Assembly: GCF_963921235.1 (NCBI RefSeq)
Contig: NC_086108.1
Span: 26,598,001-26,662,000 of the forward strand
Reading direction: 5' to 3'
Length of the DNA stretch: 64,000 nt
Source: Mobula hypostoma
Lineage: Eukaryota
The notes under the pieces are model-generated. The model had not been told where the DNA came from, did not search any database, and worked only from the letters and a program-made list of their open reading frames with translations. Of this stretch, positions 50,792 to 64,000 are shown piece by piece. Numbering within the stretch: the stretch's first letter is position 1; every line of letters begins with the position of its first letter. Both the position numbers and the translations under genes were made by a program.

Positions 50792-53700
50792 TGGCCAGCA
50801 CCCCTTAGTACCAGGGATGAAATTGGTAATTCTTTCCTTGATGTTTTTTTGTGTACAACTTGTTTGATTCAACCATGGATTTTCCCATGCAACAAGCACC
50901 AGTCCTTATTCTCTAAGTTAGTTGGTGAAGCACCAAATCGCAGGAGCAAACCAATGACCTGAAGCCCTTTGACTATCCAGCCTCTTCAGCGTGCGCCTCA
51001 TTATCCAACAAATATACCTATTCTACCTTGTTCCCAGGACTCTGGAAAAGCAAGTAGAATTATTGCGCCGTGCACCCTCCCAGACGGGAACTATGAACAC
51101 TGAACGGTAGCGAGGGTGAGGAGTAGCGCGTTGTACCCACTATATTTTTTAACAATGTGGTGGTTAAAACAAAATGACACCGTCTGTGGTGATGTTCTTG
51201 ACCCATGTTCCTGTAGCAAACACCAGCGCAGAAACAAATTGGTATGAGTTGATGCATTTTTTTGTTGTATAATTATTTTATTAATAATCAGTGTTGAAGG
51301 ACTAATGTTTTTCAATGGTATTGTTTTTACTGTACATGAAAGCCTTGCGTGCTGTGGTTGCTCAGTAATGTTTCCTTTTTCTAGGTGAGCCCAGTCGTGG
51401 TGCAAAGTGATCTAGAGTTGAACACTAAGGCGCCTATTTTGTCCTTTTATTTGGGCAGGGTGAGGGGGGAGGGGACAGAAGGGTAGAGTGCAGGGGGGAA
51501 GGTGTCCTGATGTGCGTTGACTGGCTCAGGCCATTTGTCTAGAGGGCTGTAGACAACTTTGGAGAAACTCCACACAGTAACCATTCCCTACTCTGCTAAT
51601 GTTCCCCTCAGGTTGTGCTAAACAGAGCAGAATAACAGTAAGTGAGATTGGTAGAATCATATCAGGTAAAATCTGCAAAAGTGTGGCACCTTTCAGAATT
51701 GGTGGAATGCAAATAACTTGTTTTGAAAGCAGGGACGGTAGGAGGTAGCATGCTGCCATAGTTTACAAGCAGCTCAGAGGAAAGGCAAGTGGTCCATTAA
51801 GCGTGAGCTCACTCATTGAAAGAACCAGTTAGTCCGTGCTTTCTCGAGCACTGACTTGAAAACTTGCATACTTTAATCCAATTCCCTTTCCATAACAGCA
51901 CACGGCATTATTGAAAATATTTCTTATTAAACAGAGATTTTTTGCTAGCTTTGTTGGATAGTTCTTTTACATTGTTAAACTCCAGTTAGCAAAAGGTTCA
52001 GCAGGTCTCGGAATTGTTATGATGACCTTGTCTACTTTTTTTGGTGGATTTGAGGCTTTTCAGGATAGTTGGGATGTTAACCTGTCCATTCTGGTGCGAT
52101 ATGGTGCTCTACTGTGCTGCCTTGGATATAAGATTTCACTTTTTACCTTAAAAGGGGCAGGTCTTCTGCAGTCAGTTTCCTAGTTGATGCTGCCTTTCCC
52201 GCTACTGGAGAGTGAAGCCCCCCTTTGGTCAGGATCAACCGTGGATGTTGCATCTCAGCTGTCTGTGTGATAAGCAAGCCAGTACACTAGCCAGGGCAGT
52301 ACAATATGGACAGCAAGCTTACTGGAGAATAATCTGACAAAATACATCTGAATTAAAGTCTGTATTCAGAAACTTTTTTGTATGCTGTTATGCTGTGTTT
52401 TCCCATTTCAAAGAGGAATTGTTACTTTTTGGTGAAACAGAAAATGTAATTTGTATTTTGTTTATGCTGTTGTGGGACACTGTGGATTGCCCCCAATTCA
52501 GTCTCAGTCAAATTTCCCTGCAGATGAATGATATTACCTGCCTCTTGAACTGGAAGGTGTGTGACAACACAAGTGGAAAGTGATCAAAAGCAGCGGCAGC
52601 AGAATAACACAACAGAAGAACTGAAGAACAGGAGGTGAAATTATTATATCGCAGTGCTGGAAGGTTCAATTCTGGCCCAATTCCTGCAAAAAATGTTGGT
52701 GGATTGGTTGGCAAATCCAAACTTTACAAGTGTAGTGTCTATTCAGTGAATGGAAAAAAAATGGTTTCACAGACAAAAATGGGTTTCTTCTGGTCTTTCT
52801 TCAAAGCTGTAGTCTGTCTCATTCCTGGCAAAATGAAGTTTCCCTAAATTTAATTAAACATAGACAGTGCCCCTTTACTCTGAGTTGTTTTTTATTTGGT
52901 CTCACTGGAATGGCCACAAGAGATATGATCGGAATTGTACATGTAGTAATGAGGGAAGTGGCTTGCTCCTCGGATGTTCTGTGTAAATTAGTTGATGGTG
53001 ACGTGCAATGCTGTCACTGCATTCTGCAGTGTGCACTCTATCTGGTATCAGGGCCTTAAATCTCCAAAACACTCCTTTGAAAGAAAGAACTTGCAGACTT
53101 GAAATATTGAAATCTCCTTAAAAAGTAAAGTCACTTTCACATGAGGCAAAATATTATTTGTATCTTTAAGGGTAGGAGCATTCTCGATTGTTGAATGGCT
53201 GTTTAAAGGTGCAGTGCGCTGTCATTTTGTATATTTCTAATGACTGATTCTGGCTCCGTTGTTAATTGAGTGTACAGAACTCATCTGTATTTGTTTTATT
53301 GCTGGTATTATCTAGGATTTGGGCATTTAATTTTTGGTTATTAAATCTGGATGAAAAGTCCACATTTGGAACCCTGGGGATTGCTTTGTGTATTTGTGTT
53401 TCCTTGTGTCCCATGTTAACATTGAGCCCTGCAGAGAGGAAGGGTTACTTCATTTCATACTACATACATGTGTTTTAGTGCACTATATCCAAATTTTACG
53501 ACGTGTACTTTGCTAGAATGTTTGATATTTGGTGTTTTAACAGCCAAAAGGATAACAGCAGAGAGGGAACTCTCAAAGCCTTGGGATTCTAACAATACAA
53601 CATTTATTCCATTCCTGTCCTTTCTACGATAGCCTCATATTCCCTTACTTCAACCATTTATTGATAATATTCCTTGTGAAATATCCATGCCTGGAAATCT

Positions 53701-53970
53701 ATCCCTGATCTGCAGCCGTGCATTCTATTTTGTTTCAAAAATTAGGCTCCTTTAAGTCAATGAGACTAAGTGAACTGTATATTGATTTCTAGATTGAAAG
53801 TTAAGCAGTGCAAATGTGAATTAAATCTTAGTCACAAATCACCTCTGTCTCATGGGTGGCAGAGTAGCACCTCACAGAACCAGCTTTCTAATCTCCCACT
53901 TGTGTCTCTCCACTAAAGTCATGGATTTTCCCACTGACAGGCATAATAAAAGTTAGTTTACTCAGTGAAT
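50792..53970 (+). other. Probable long 3' UTR of the BRINP gene, candidate polyA signal AATAAA at 53945-53950
   Basis: Repeat-poor, AU-rich sequence after the stop codon. The true 3' end cannot be fixed without transcript data. Confidence 0.35.
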
Positions 53971-54659
53971 GGAGAGTAGGGTTGACCGTCACAGCTCCTG
54001 GGGTTGCAAGAAGATACTTCTGCTGTGGCCGCTATTCTTTGAGTCAATCAGTACCACATGCTCAGTTTGTCTACATTTGCCTATATGGCATGAAGTACTG
54101 TAGACAGCACCAAGCACTCAGGGTACAGCCCAAACTACACACGTGTATACAATTACTCCTTTACTCTTTCAATCTGACCAAGTATAATCCAGAATGCTTA
54201 AATGTCAAATTTTTATCTGTCAGTATTTTCGCTTTCGATGACTTCTAAATTCGAGCCCCTGGTCCTTTCTAACGATTCCCAGCCTGCAGTCTCTTTCCTT
54301 TGTAGTAACACACATTTATCCACATTAAACTGCAACTGCAATCTCTCCAGATATTACACTAACCTGTCAATGCCACAATGAAGTCCCTTGAAAATTTTTC
54401 ATTGTCCAATTTTTTGTATTGCTGATAATTTTGAGACCTTATTCCTTATAAGTGGTGCCAGGTATGATGCAGATGGCAGGACCACAGCCCCTGAGTTTGG
54501 AAGTTTAGTGTTCTCTAAAGCACTAAATTCTCTATGTCACCAATTGTGGACAGAAATGGCGGAAAGCATAAAATTTCCCAGTGAGAACTCAAGCAGGTTT
54601 ATCCTATATAACAAATGCCTTCTAATCTTATTTAACCAATGCTCTCTAACTTCATCCTT

Positions 54660-55340
54660 TTGAGTGTTTTATTGCAAGTAACATAAAAGTCAGTCAGTCA
54701 GTGGGTGCCGTCCTGAACCCGGGGTTGGCGGCTATGCACCTCCATCTTCTTCAATCTTGCAACAGCACCGAATAGAGCCTCTCCTCCAGTTTGTTCTCGC
54801 TGTCCGCCTTGGCACCGCCTGCCGCCGTCCCCGCCAAACTCGAGCCTGAGGCCATGGCGGGCTCCAGCTGCGGCCCCTTCTTTGAGCTCGGCCCTTCCTT
54901 AGGCGGAGGTCCTGGGCATGTCCAGGTACACGGTACAGCGCCCAAGTTCATCATGTCTCTTCTAACTAGGTGCATAGCATACGATTCGTAGATCTGTGGT
55001 GAGGCTTTAATCTCTTCCATGGTAGATGGCCGTTGGCTCACAAAGAGCTCATCCGCCCTTTGTCCGGTCTTGTTTTTTTTCAGTCCTGCTGGGTGTCCTC
55101 ACGCACTCCTCACCAGACTAAGTCTGGTGGGGGAGCCGGCCCAAGTCACTGAACACTCGACCACGGCCCCCAGCCAAGCGCCCACCCCCCGGCAAATCTC
55201 TCTGAGTGTCCAGCGCCCAACCGAAAAACATAAAAGTAACTTACTAGAAATTATTCACCCTTTATTTGGTGTGTTAAACCATTGTTAAATTTTGCATTAA
55301 CACCATGTTGGGGCTTCTATAAAAAATTGTAAAAGAGACA
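54660..55340 (-). mobile_element. Possible L1-clade 5' UTR/ORF1 remnant (GC/CpG-rich)
   Basis: Abrupt CpG-rich block with a short low-complexity - strand ORF (54751-55041). No diagnostic domain. Confidence 0.35.
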
Positions 55341-56054
55341 GCTGAGACTGCAAAGGAGGCTTACATGCAGAAACATTGCAATGAACTAGGACTTATGCTG
55401 TGACTGATAGGAAAGTACTTAAATAAACTGGGTTCCAACATTTGTGGTGCATCTGTCACACAAAGGATGTCGACATACATCGCAGCAGCCAAGCTGTATG
55501 CACTTCAGCTGACAGAGGAAATCAGCCTTAAGTTTGTTGAATGAAACATGGACATCCCCTTGGTGTGATAAATATCAGGTAGAAGATACAGAGAGTGAAG
55601 AGTTTAGAAGATTCACCACAGGAAGTGCTTGTCAGGAAGTGGCTCCTAGTGTGAGAATCGGCACTCATCTGAGCAAAGCACAAACAAAATTCCATATCCT
55701 CATAAAAAAAAATGTCAGTGTGAGCTGCAAACTATTGAACACATTTAAAGTGGTCTGTTTTAGTAATTCATCTACAAATGTCACAGTTCCTTACCAAGGT
55801 ACAGCAGGGAAAAAGCCCATTTTCCCACCAAGCCTTTACACACCATCAATCACCCATTTACACTAATCCCACATTAACTCCATTTTATTCTCCCCTTGAT
55901 TTCATCAGCTCCCCACAGAATCCATACCTCATCTGAACACTAGGTCTATTAACCAACCAATGAACACATCTTTACGATGTGGGAGGAACGTTGAGCATCC
56001 AGGGGAATCCCATTAGGTTATGAAGAATGTGCAACTCCACACAGACAGCATAGG

Positions 56055-58552
56055 ACCTGCTGAGTCCCTCCAGTTTTTTGTAAGTGTTGCTCGGATGGTC
56101 AGCCTCTGCAGATTTTCTCTTCTTTATGATTTGATTACTACACTGCAAAGCCTCTTCCAGGAATGCCTACCCTGAAGAAGTTTGCATCTTCCCTTTGACG
56201 GGAGTTCAGTGAAACTCTCTCTCTCACTGCTCCCCCTCTGTGATCCCTGCTGCTCTCCAACTCATTGACTATGTACTTACCCAGACCCGCTACTACAGCC
56301 ACGTATCCTTTCTGGGAACATGCCTTCGCCGCCAGTTTGTACCACACAATTTCCAGACTCGTTTTCAAGCTTCTCGATTTGGACCCTCCAAGGACCCCAG
56401 GTACTCACATTCAATTGACTGCTTCTCCCACCGCGTTCTATGTGCCATGCTTTCCGCCATGCGGAAGTACCTGGTGTCCCTATGCCAGTCACTTCCACCA
56501 CTCCGGGATTCTCTCTCCGCCACTTGTAATGGACCTGTATGCTTCTTTATCCTCCGGCAGATCCACAATTTCAATCACTGATTCTTTAACTTTCTCAAGT
56601 CCTGCAAGGAATGGAAGATTGCCCGTCTACAGACCACAGAACCTGTTGACTCTAATGCCGACAGGCCTGGATGCCTCCAGACCGCGATCCCTGTTGCTGA
56701 TCTCAAGGGCTGTAACACTCCAGAGCAAACTCAAAACCTGGACTCCACCAGCATCAATACAGGTTCCAATGACCTCAGACAGCACCAAGGTGCTGATTGC
56801 ACAGCCTCCAACTCCGGCCTTGACCTCCAGGACAGGCCTTCACGCACCGCCGCTGGATCCCCCGTCTCCCCTTCCCCCATGATCCCTGAACACTCCAATC
56901 CTCCCTTTCTCCTCAGACACCACCAATCGTCTTCCCCCCTCCAATCCCAGCTCTCGTCCATGCCGTATTTTCATCATTCTCTCTGACCTTCCCCTCTCTG
57001 AAACAGAACCTTCTGTCCTCAGTAAGGGCCTCACCTTTGTCAACCATTCCCTCTGACCTTTCCCTCTGTGAGGCAGAACATTCTGTCTCAGTAAGCCTCA
57101 CCTTTGTCAACCATTCCCTCCAACCTTCCCCCCCTCTGAAACAGAATGTTCTGTCCTCAGTAAGGGCCTCACTTTTGTCCCTCTGCACCCACACCTCAGT
57201 GAGTTGCACACCTGCCAAGATGCTCAGCTCTTCTTCCGATGCCTCCATCCCCGAGCCTATTTCTTTGGCAAGGACTCCCCACCCCCATCAATGACCCCCC
57301 CCCCGCCCCGTCTTCAACCCTCCAATGGAGCGAGCTCATCCACCGATTTCTATTATAAACCAACGGACTCTCACAGCTACCTGGACTATACCTTGTCCCA
57401 CCCTGCTACTTGTAAAAACACCATCCCATTCCTTCAATTCCTCTGGCTCCACCGCATCTGCCCTCAGGATGAGGCTTTTCATTCTAGAATGAAGGGGATG
57501 TCCTCCTTTTTCAAAGAAAGAAGCTTCCCTTCCTCCATCATCAACACTGCCCTCAACCGTATCTCTTCTATTTCACACACGTCTGCTTTAACCCCATCTT
57601 CGCACCACCCTACCAGGGATAGGGTTCTTCTTGTCCTCACCGACCACCCCACCAGCCTCCATGTCCAGCACATAATTCTATGAAAATTCTGCCACCTCCA
57701 ACTGGATCCCACCACCAGACACATTTCACCCCCACCCCAATTTCTGCTTTCCGCAGGGATCACTCCTTTTGCGACTCCCTTGTCCATTCATCCCTCCCCG
57801 CTGATCTTCCTCCTGGCACTTATCCTTGCAAGTGGAACAAGTGCTACATCTGCCCCTACACCTCCTCCCTCACTACCATTCAAGAGCCCCAAACAGTCCT
57901 TCCAGGTGAGGCGACACTTCACCTGTGAGTCTGTTGGGGTCATATACTGTGCTCAATGCTCCTGATGTGGCTTCTTATATATTGGTGAGACCTGACGTAG
58001 ATTGGGAGACCGCTTCGCTGAGCATCTACATGCCATCTACCAGAACAAGCAGGATCTCCCAGTGGCCACCCATTTTAATTCCACTTCCCATTCTGCTATC
58101 TCCTCCACTGTTGGGATAAGGCCACACTTAAGTTGGAGGATCAAGACCTATATTCCATATGGGTAGCCTCCAACCTGATGGCCTGAACAGCGACTTCTCA
58201 AACTTCCAGTAATGCCTGTCCCCACCCCTTCAACATTTCCCATCCCCTTGTCCCTCTCTCATGTTATCTTCTTACCCACCCATCGCCTCCCTCTGGTGCT
58301 CCTCTCCCCCACCCCCGGCTTTTATTCTTTCTTCGGTGTCTCTTTCACTAATCAACTTCCTAGCTCTTTGCTTCATCCCTCCCCCTCCAAGTTTCACCTA
58401 TTGCCTCTCTTCCCTCCCCATATCTTTCAAATCTACTCTTCAGCTTTCTTTCTTCAGTCCTGCCAAAGAATTTCAGCCCAAAACATCAACTGTATTTTTT
58501 TTCCATAGATGCTGCCTGGCCTGCTGAGTTCCCCCAGCATTCTGTGTGTGAA
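56055..58552 (+). mobile_element. Penelope-like element, RT core largely deleted, GIY-YIG endonuclease remnant
   Basis: STDFYYKPTDSHSYLDYTLSHP...CKNTIPFLQFL; FQVRRHFTCESVGVIYCAQC...LYIGET*RRLGDRFAEHL; terminal repeat cctgctgagt(c/t)cc at both ends. Confidence 0.88.
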
Positions 58553-59129
58553 GCTAGAATTGAACATATGCCTCTGGAACGATGAGGAAGCAGTTTTCCA
58601 GTTGTGTCACTATGCTTTCTCCACTGCTGCCCAATGATCTGTACAGCTGGAGCTGCAAAGCAGCATGTGAGGGATCATTAACTCAGCACCTATGCATAAT
58701 TATTTGTGCCCCATGTTGAGACTGAATTGGCTTGCAAGGGGGTCTATGATTTCTCAGGCTCATTTAAGAGAATCATCTATCTATAAATACATCCTTTACA
58801 CTGCAGGCAATTCTCCTCTCTGCTGCTCAGCTAGGAGATGAGGCAATGGATGCTAAGCTAGGATATTGTCTGCATAGTTACCACTTTCCTCCTGCTGCTT
58901 TTAGGTTCTGCCTCATGGTCCCCAGGTTCCCAATCTTCTTGCTGCTCTTCCTCTGGTGCTGTTGCTGTCTATATTCATATTTTGTATTATGCAGCACAGT
59001 GTCAGGCCTGCACAGGCAAGGTAGGCATCTCCCAGTCTCCACCCAGTGAACAGGAATCACCTACCACTCGTTAGGGCCAGGTGGAGAGATACATCTTTGT
59101 GCCTTCTTCTCCCACAAATTCAACTCCAC

Positions 59130-61340
59130 ACAGTGCCGTTATTGAGCAGGAGACAGTGAGCTTCTCACTGTTAAATGGGCCTTGGAGGAATGGAGACATT
59201 GTCTGAAACAGTGAGACGTTCCTGATCTGGACCGACCACAAGAACCTCATATCCATGTAACAAACCCATCAGTTGAACCCACGGCAAGCTCACTGGGTCT
59301 TCTTTTTCAAGCAATTCAACTTCACCATCTCCTACCGACCTGGCTCCAAGAACACTGAGGTGGACGACCTGTCAAGATAGTTCAACCCAGCTGAGATGGA
59401 GATTGACCCCCCAGCCCATCATTCCATCCCTGCAGATCCTCACCCCTGTTGTCTGGGCCCTTGAGAACCAGATCTGCCAGGCCATTCAGCATGAGCTTGC
59501 TCCAGCCTGTGCACCTGAGAACCGCATGAACATGCCGGGATCTGTGTGCTTCGAGGCTCTCCAGTGGGCCCACTCCCCATCATTCTCCAGCCATCCAGGC
59601 ACACGACAGGCTTTGGACTTTCTGTGTTGCTGGTTCTTGTGGCCCACCATGACTGAAGATATACATCAGTTCTTTGCTGTCTGCCCTCAATGTGCCCAGT
59701 CCAATTCCTGCAACCAGCACTCCACTGTGGCCTTTATGGTTTCTCGCCGCCCATGGTCACAAATGCCAAGAGTTTCATCACGAGTTTGCCACCTTCTGAT
59801 GGAGCCACAGTGATCATGACACTGGTGGACCGGTTCTCCAAGGTGGCCCACTTTATAGCCCTCCCCTAGCTTTTGTCAGCTGCTGAGAAGGCAGACCTGG
59901 TTCTCCAACATACAGTTCTCCTCCATGTGTTTCCTACAGGACATTGCATCAGACCAGGTCCCACAATTCACCTCTTGCTTCTGGTGGGCCTTCTGCTTCC
60001 TCATCTGCACCTCAGTGAGTTTGTCCTCTGGGTATCATCCGCAGACCAACAGCCAATCAGAGAGAGCCAATCAGCAAGTGGAGAGGTTTCTGTGATGCTT
60101 TTCTGCTTCTAACCCTTCTACAAGGTTGTCTCTCAATGTACACACCACCTCTGCCATGGGCATGTCACCCTTTGAAGTCCTTTATAGCTACCAACCCTTA
60201 TTGTTCCCAATGGAGGAGCTAACGGTGGAGGTCCTGTTTGGCAGACCTTTGGTTTACTGCTGTTGGAGTGCATTGAAGAGGGCACGGAGGGCCATTCTGG
60301 CTGCCAATAGCGCCTACTGTTGCCAGGCCAACTGGCATCAGCACCCATCCAGACTACGCAGGCCTGAGGGCAATGTCTGGCTGTCAACCCAAGACTTGCC
60401 CCATGTACTGATTTCCACAAGCTCTCGCCCCGGTTCATCGGTCCCTTCAAGAATACCCATCACATCCATCCAGTCCCTTACGATCTCCAGCTCCCACTGT
60501 CCCTCAGGATCACACCTACCTGTTATGTTTTGTAATTCCAGAAACTAATTGAAAGAAAAATACATGAGCCAGGATACTTGTCTACTTTGTTCTTCTTATT
60601 TTTAGTGAGGCACCCACATGTGACATGGTGGCATAATGATGTAAACCACTCACCTAGTTCTATTATATAATGAATAATGAATAATGTAAACAAAGAAAGA
60701 ATGCTTAATCAAAGAATATATTTACAATATTACACAAATATTACTGAAATATTAAATACACAACACAACCTTCCATGTGTTCTGCTTCATTGTCGATAGA
60801 CCAATTATCCTGCACCTAGGATGTTGGAAGGCTGTTCAGAGTACACGTTTGGCTGGTTGATGGATTCACATTGTCGTAGACTGGGAAGGGTACAAACTAG
60901 AGGAGAGGGATTGGCAGACATCCAGATGCATTTTGGATCCAGTATTCATCAAGGAGTTCCACCAGACCCACCAGGATTGCCCTGGGAACTGAGGTACACC
61001 TGTAGGGTTGGGGGTGCAGGGTTGCAATCTCAGTCTCCACTCAGCCAACAGGAGTCACCTGCCACTCATTTCCAATACATTACTTGCCACTCAATTCCAA
61101 TTCATCACCTGCCACTCATTTCCAATGCGTCACATGTAGACTGTTTAAACCCAGCTCACGGCCTTTGTTCACTCAGCAAGCCAGCCAGCCTCAGCCAGTT
61201 GTCACCTGTGTGTTCTCTCTTTTTTTTTGTGGCCCCTTGTGGGTTGTTATTTTGCAGTGGATTATTAAAGTTTTCACTCATGGCTAAATTGTTTCTGCTG
61301 CTCTTCTTTTGGGTCAAGCCTCCTCTACATTTCCTGAGAC
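59130..61340 (+). mobile_element. Tf2/sushi-type Gypsy remnant (RNase H, integrase, probable 3' LTR)
   Basis: [57 protein letters not shown]. Confidence 0.85.
60521..60765. mobile_element. Short solo LTR (245 bp) inserted in the Gypsy remnant
   Basis: tgtt...aaca termini; 5-bp TSD ctacc/caacc. The host frame ITPT|FHV is restored on removal. Confidence 0.7.
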
Positions 61341-63779
61341 ACAGAACATGGTAGTCTTCACTCCTAGTAAGTGCTGCGCTGATGGAGGCAGTGGACTGTT
61401 CTCTTCAATAACCTTCAGTGCTTTTCACCTCTTGTCATTGAGACAATAGTTATACCCAACATGGAAACAGCGCCTTCGGTCCAACTTGCCTATGTTGACC
61501 AAGGTTCCTTCCAGAGCTAATCCCATTTGTCTGTTGTGCATACAGCATTCGAAACCTTTCCTTTCCATGTAGATGTCTAAATATCATTTGAAAATTGTAA
61601 TTGTACCCACCACTACCACTTGCTCTAGTACCTGGTTCCCTATAACCTCCAACTCTGTATGTGGAAAAACTGGCCCCTCAGATTCTCTTTAAATCTTTCC
61701 CCTCTCACTGTATAATTATAGAGTCAATTGTTGGTTCTTTTTGTACTTGTGCTTTGCCAGAGTGGTCGGAGGACTTTTCCCCAGGATGTGGAAAAGATTT
61801 GGCTGAGTAGAAACCATCATGCTTCACAATAACATTGCATTCAGCATGAGGGATTCTCTTAATCCACAACAGCCTGCTCATTAAAGGAGTAGAAGTGTTT
61901 CATGATCATGAAAAAGGTCCAGATTAATAATAGGAACTGTCGCAGGCATATGACTGGCTGCCTGCACTTTGGGGAGACCAGCGATGCTGTCAAATCTCAG
62001 GGCCTGAGGTACCATTGTCCCCTCACTGAAATTAAATGAGCTGAAATAATTAATTTGCAAAGTAACATGGTGAGTGGGAATTTGAGAGAAGCAGCAAAAC
62101 TGAAAGTCAATGGCAGCTGGACATTCATTGAGAGACCAAAGCTGAATGTTTTCCCACAGAACAACACACATCTAATACTACATTTACTTTACAGTGCTAT
62201 GACACAAATTGTGTACGGAAAATAAATGCAATAAATATGGTCCAGCACTCCACACTATGTCATAGGAACAAAGTAATAGGTCATTCAGTTATTGGTGTGA
62301 TTCACCATTTGATGAGAGCACGAGATCCTTGGTAAACCAATCTGTGATCTCATCCATGGGTTGGACTTTACTTTGAAAGATAGACAGTGAACATTTACCC
62401 ACATGGGTCCCAACAAATTTGGAAGTTGGTGCATTTGAATCCAAGTGCAGAAGAACCAGATTTCTGAGTGGTCTTCCGAATGGGCAATCATATCCATTCG
62501 TTCCTGAAGGGCTTTCCAGTTATGTTTTAACCCCTCATCAGCTGGTCCTAAACGGTCAACAAAAGGAACAGCCCCTCTCCACTCTGCTCAATCTCACAAA
62601 GGCTTCAACTGAAAGAAAATAGGTAAGAAAATGACATGACAGTTCTTTAAGTATTTCTGCTTGCTGTTTCACCTTTTATAGTTTTTGAATGGTTCCGGAT
62701 GTCAAATTATGTCCGTATTTTCTTGAGTGCAAACGAACATCAGGAATTACCTTTGAAACATAAATTCTTACAGATTCAGTGGGTTGTCTCCCTTGTAGCT
62801 AAGAAGCCTATAACCAGGGGCACAGTTTGGGGATGTGTTATTTATTGAGGACTGAGAAAAGGAGACACTTCTTCATTGAGGATGATGAACCATTGGAATT
62901 TGATACCTCAGAGGATTGTGGAGGCTCTATTAATGTGTTCGTTCAAAACTGTGATTGATTTCAGGACAATAAAGGATTCTAGGGGTGTGGAAATAGTGCA
63001 GGAACTGAGCCAGAAGATCAGCCACTCACATACTCCTGTGCGCTATGTTCTAAAGTTCCTCTGAACTTGCTTACAAAACATATATGGACAAATCTAATCT
63101 GATTAATTACTGCCCAACTCCACGAATCACAATCAAAAACTATGTAAAATCTATTGTTGTCAATTCTACCATAAACTTGCTTATCAATGCCTGTTGGTAT
63201 TTTCCCAAGCCCACTCCACTTCAGACCTCTTCACAGCTTTGGGTCAAACCTAAACCACTGAGGTGAGGTGAGAGTGACTACCTTTGATATCAAAACAATA
63301 TTTTTTGACCAAGTGTGGCTTTCTGGACTGACTGTAAAACTGAAATCAATGGGGAAATAAAGCGAAAACATTCCACTTGTCCAAGTATGCACAAAGAAAG
63401 ATGGTTTTGGTTGTTGAAGGCCAATGATCTCAGTCCCAAAGCATCACTGTATGAGTTCGTTAAGGCTGCACCCTCAGCTGCTGCTTCTTTCCATCATAAG
63501 TGGCAGAAGTGGGAACACTTGCTGATTGTGCAATTTTCAATTTTATTCACAACTCTTCTAAATAAAGCAATGCATGCTAATAGGAAATAGCTTCATCTGA
63601 AAGTCCATGGTAATTGACCATCAATTTTGCAATTTGAAATTAGGGATGGGAATAAATGTTGGTTTTGTCAGCAGTATCTACACCCATTAATGGACAATAT
63701 ATCAAACAATTCGTTAACTTCCCAGTCACTTTTTATATCCGAGCATCACATTATAACTTTAGAAGTATATATGCTCCAA

Positions 63780-64000
63780 AGCAGTCAGAGATTAGCAGGT
63801 AAAATATTGTGGGCATCACTGAGTGGTTGTTGAAAGAAGATTATAGTTGGGAACTTAACAGCCAAGGATACACATTGCATTGAAAGGACAGGCAGGTAGG
63901 CAGAAGGGGTGGCATGGCTCTATCTGTAAAAAATGAATCAAAATTATTAGAAAGAGGTGACATAGGATCAGAAGATGTAGAATCATTGTAGGTAGAGTTA
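63780..64000 (+). mobile_element. CR1 ORF2 endonuclease fragment running off the window
   Basis: gggcatcactgagtggttg...gaaaggacaggcaggtaggcagaaggggtggcatggct (decayed ITE.W...KDR...GGGVA). Confidence 0.7.

Noticed and set aside
54740-55220. Host gene CpG-island promoter
   Set aside because: Short with abrupt boundaries and no associated exon; more consistent with a retroelement 5' end, though not proven.

Overview
Eukaryotic, repeat-dense vertebrate DNA. The repeat families (CR1, Rex1/Babar, Tx1, L1, Penelope, V-type SINEs) suggest a cartilaginous fish, which is an inference. The only host gene visible is the 3' part of a BRINP2/BRINP3-type gene on the + strand: a 223-bp coding exon (10045-10267), a 39.4-kb intron and the terminal coding exon (49678-50791). 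The intron holds deeply nested insertions. The most notable is a decayed env-bearing endogenous retrovirus on the - strand (3' LTR 16012-16609, gamma-type env, integrase/RNase H, gag remnant). It is fragmented by a Rex1 LINE, a non-autonomous retroelement, a near full-length CR1 and a DNA element with a 6-bp TSD, so the ORF track does not show it as a unit. A 34-bp tandem array with a 346-bp higher-order period lies at its leader position. Also present are a two-LTR Gypsy element with PNMA-like gag nested in an old CR1, a related solo LTR, hAT-type MITEs, a Penelope-like element and a Tf2/sushi-type Gypsy remnant. No rRNA, tRNA or CRISPR is supported. Family calls rest on motif recognition by eye, and boundaries without a TSD are approximate.
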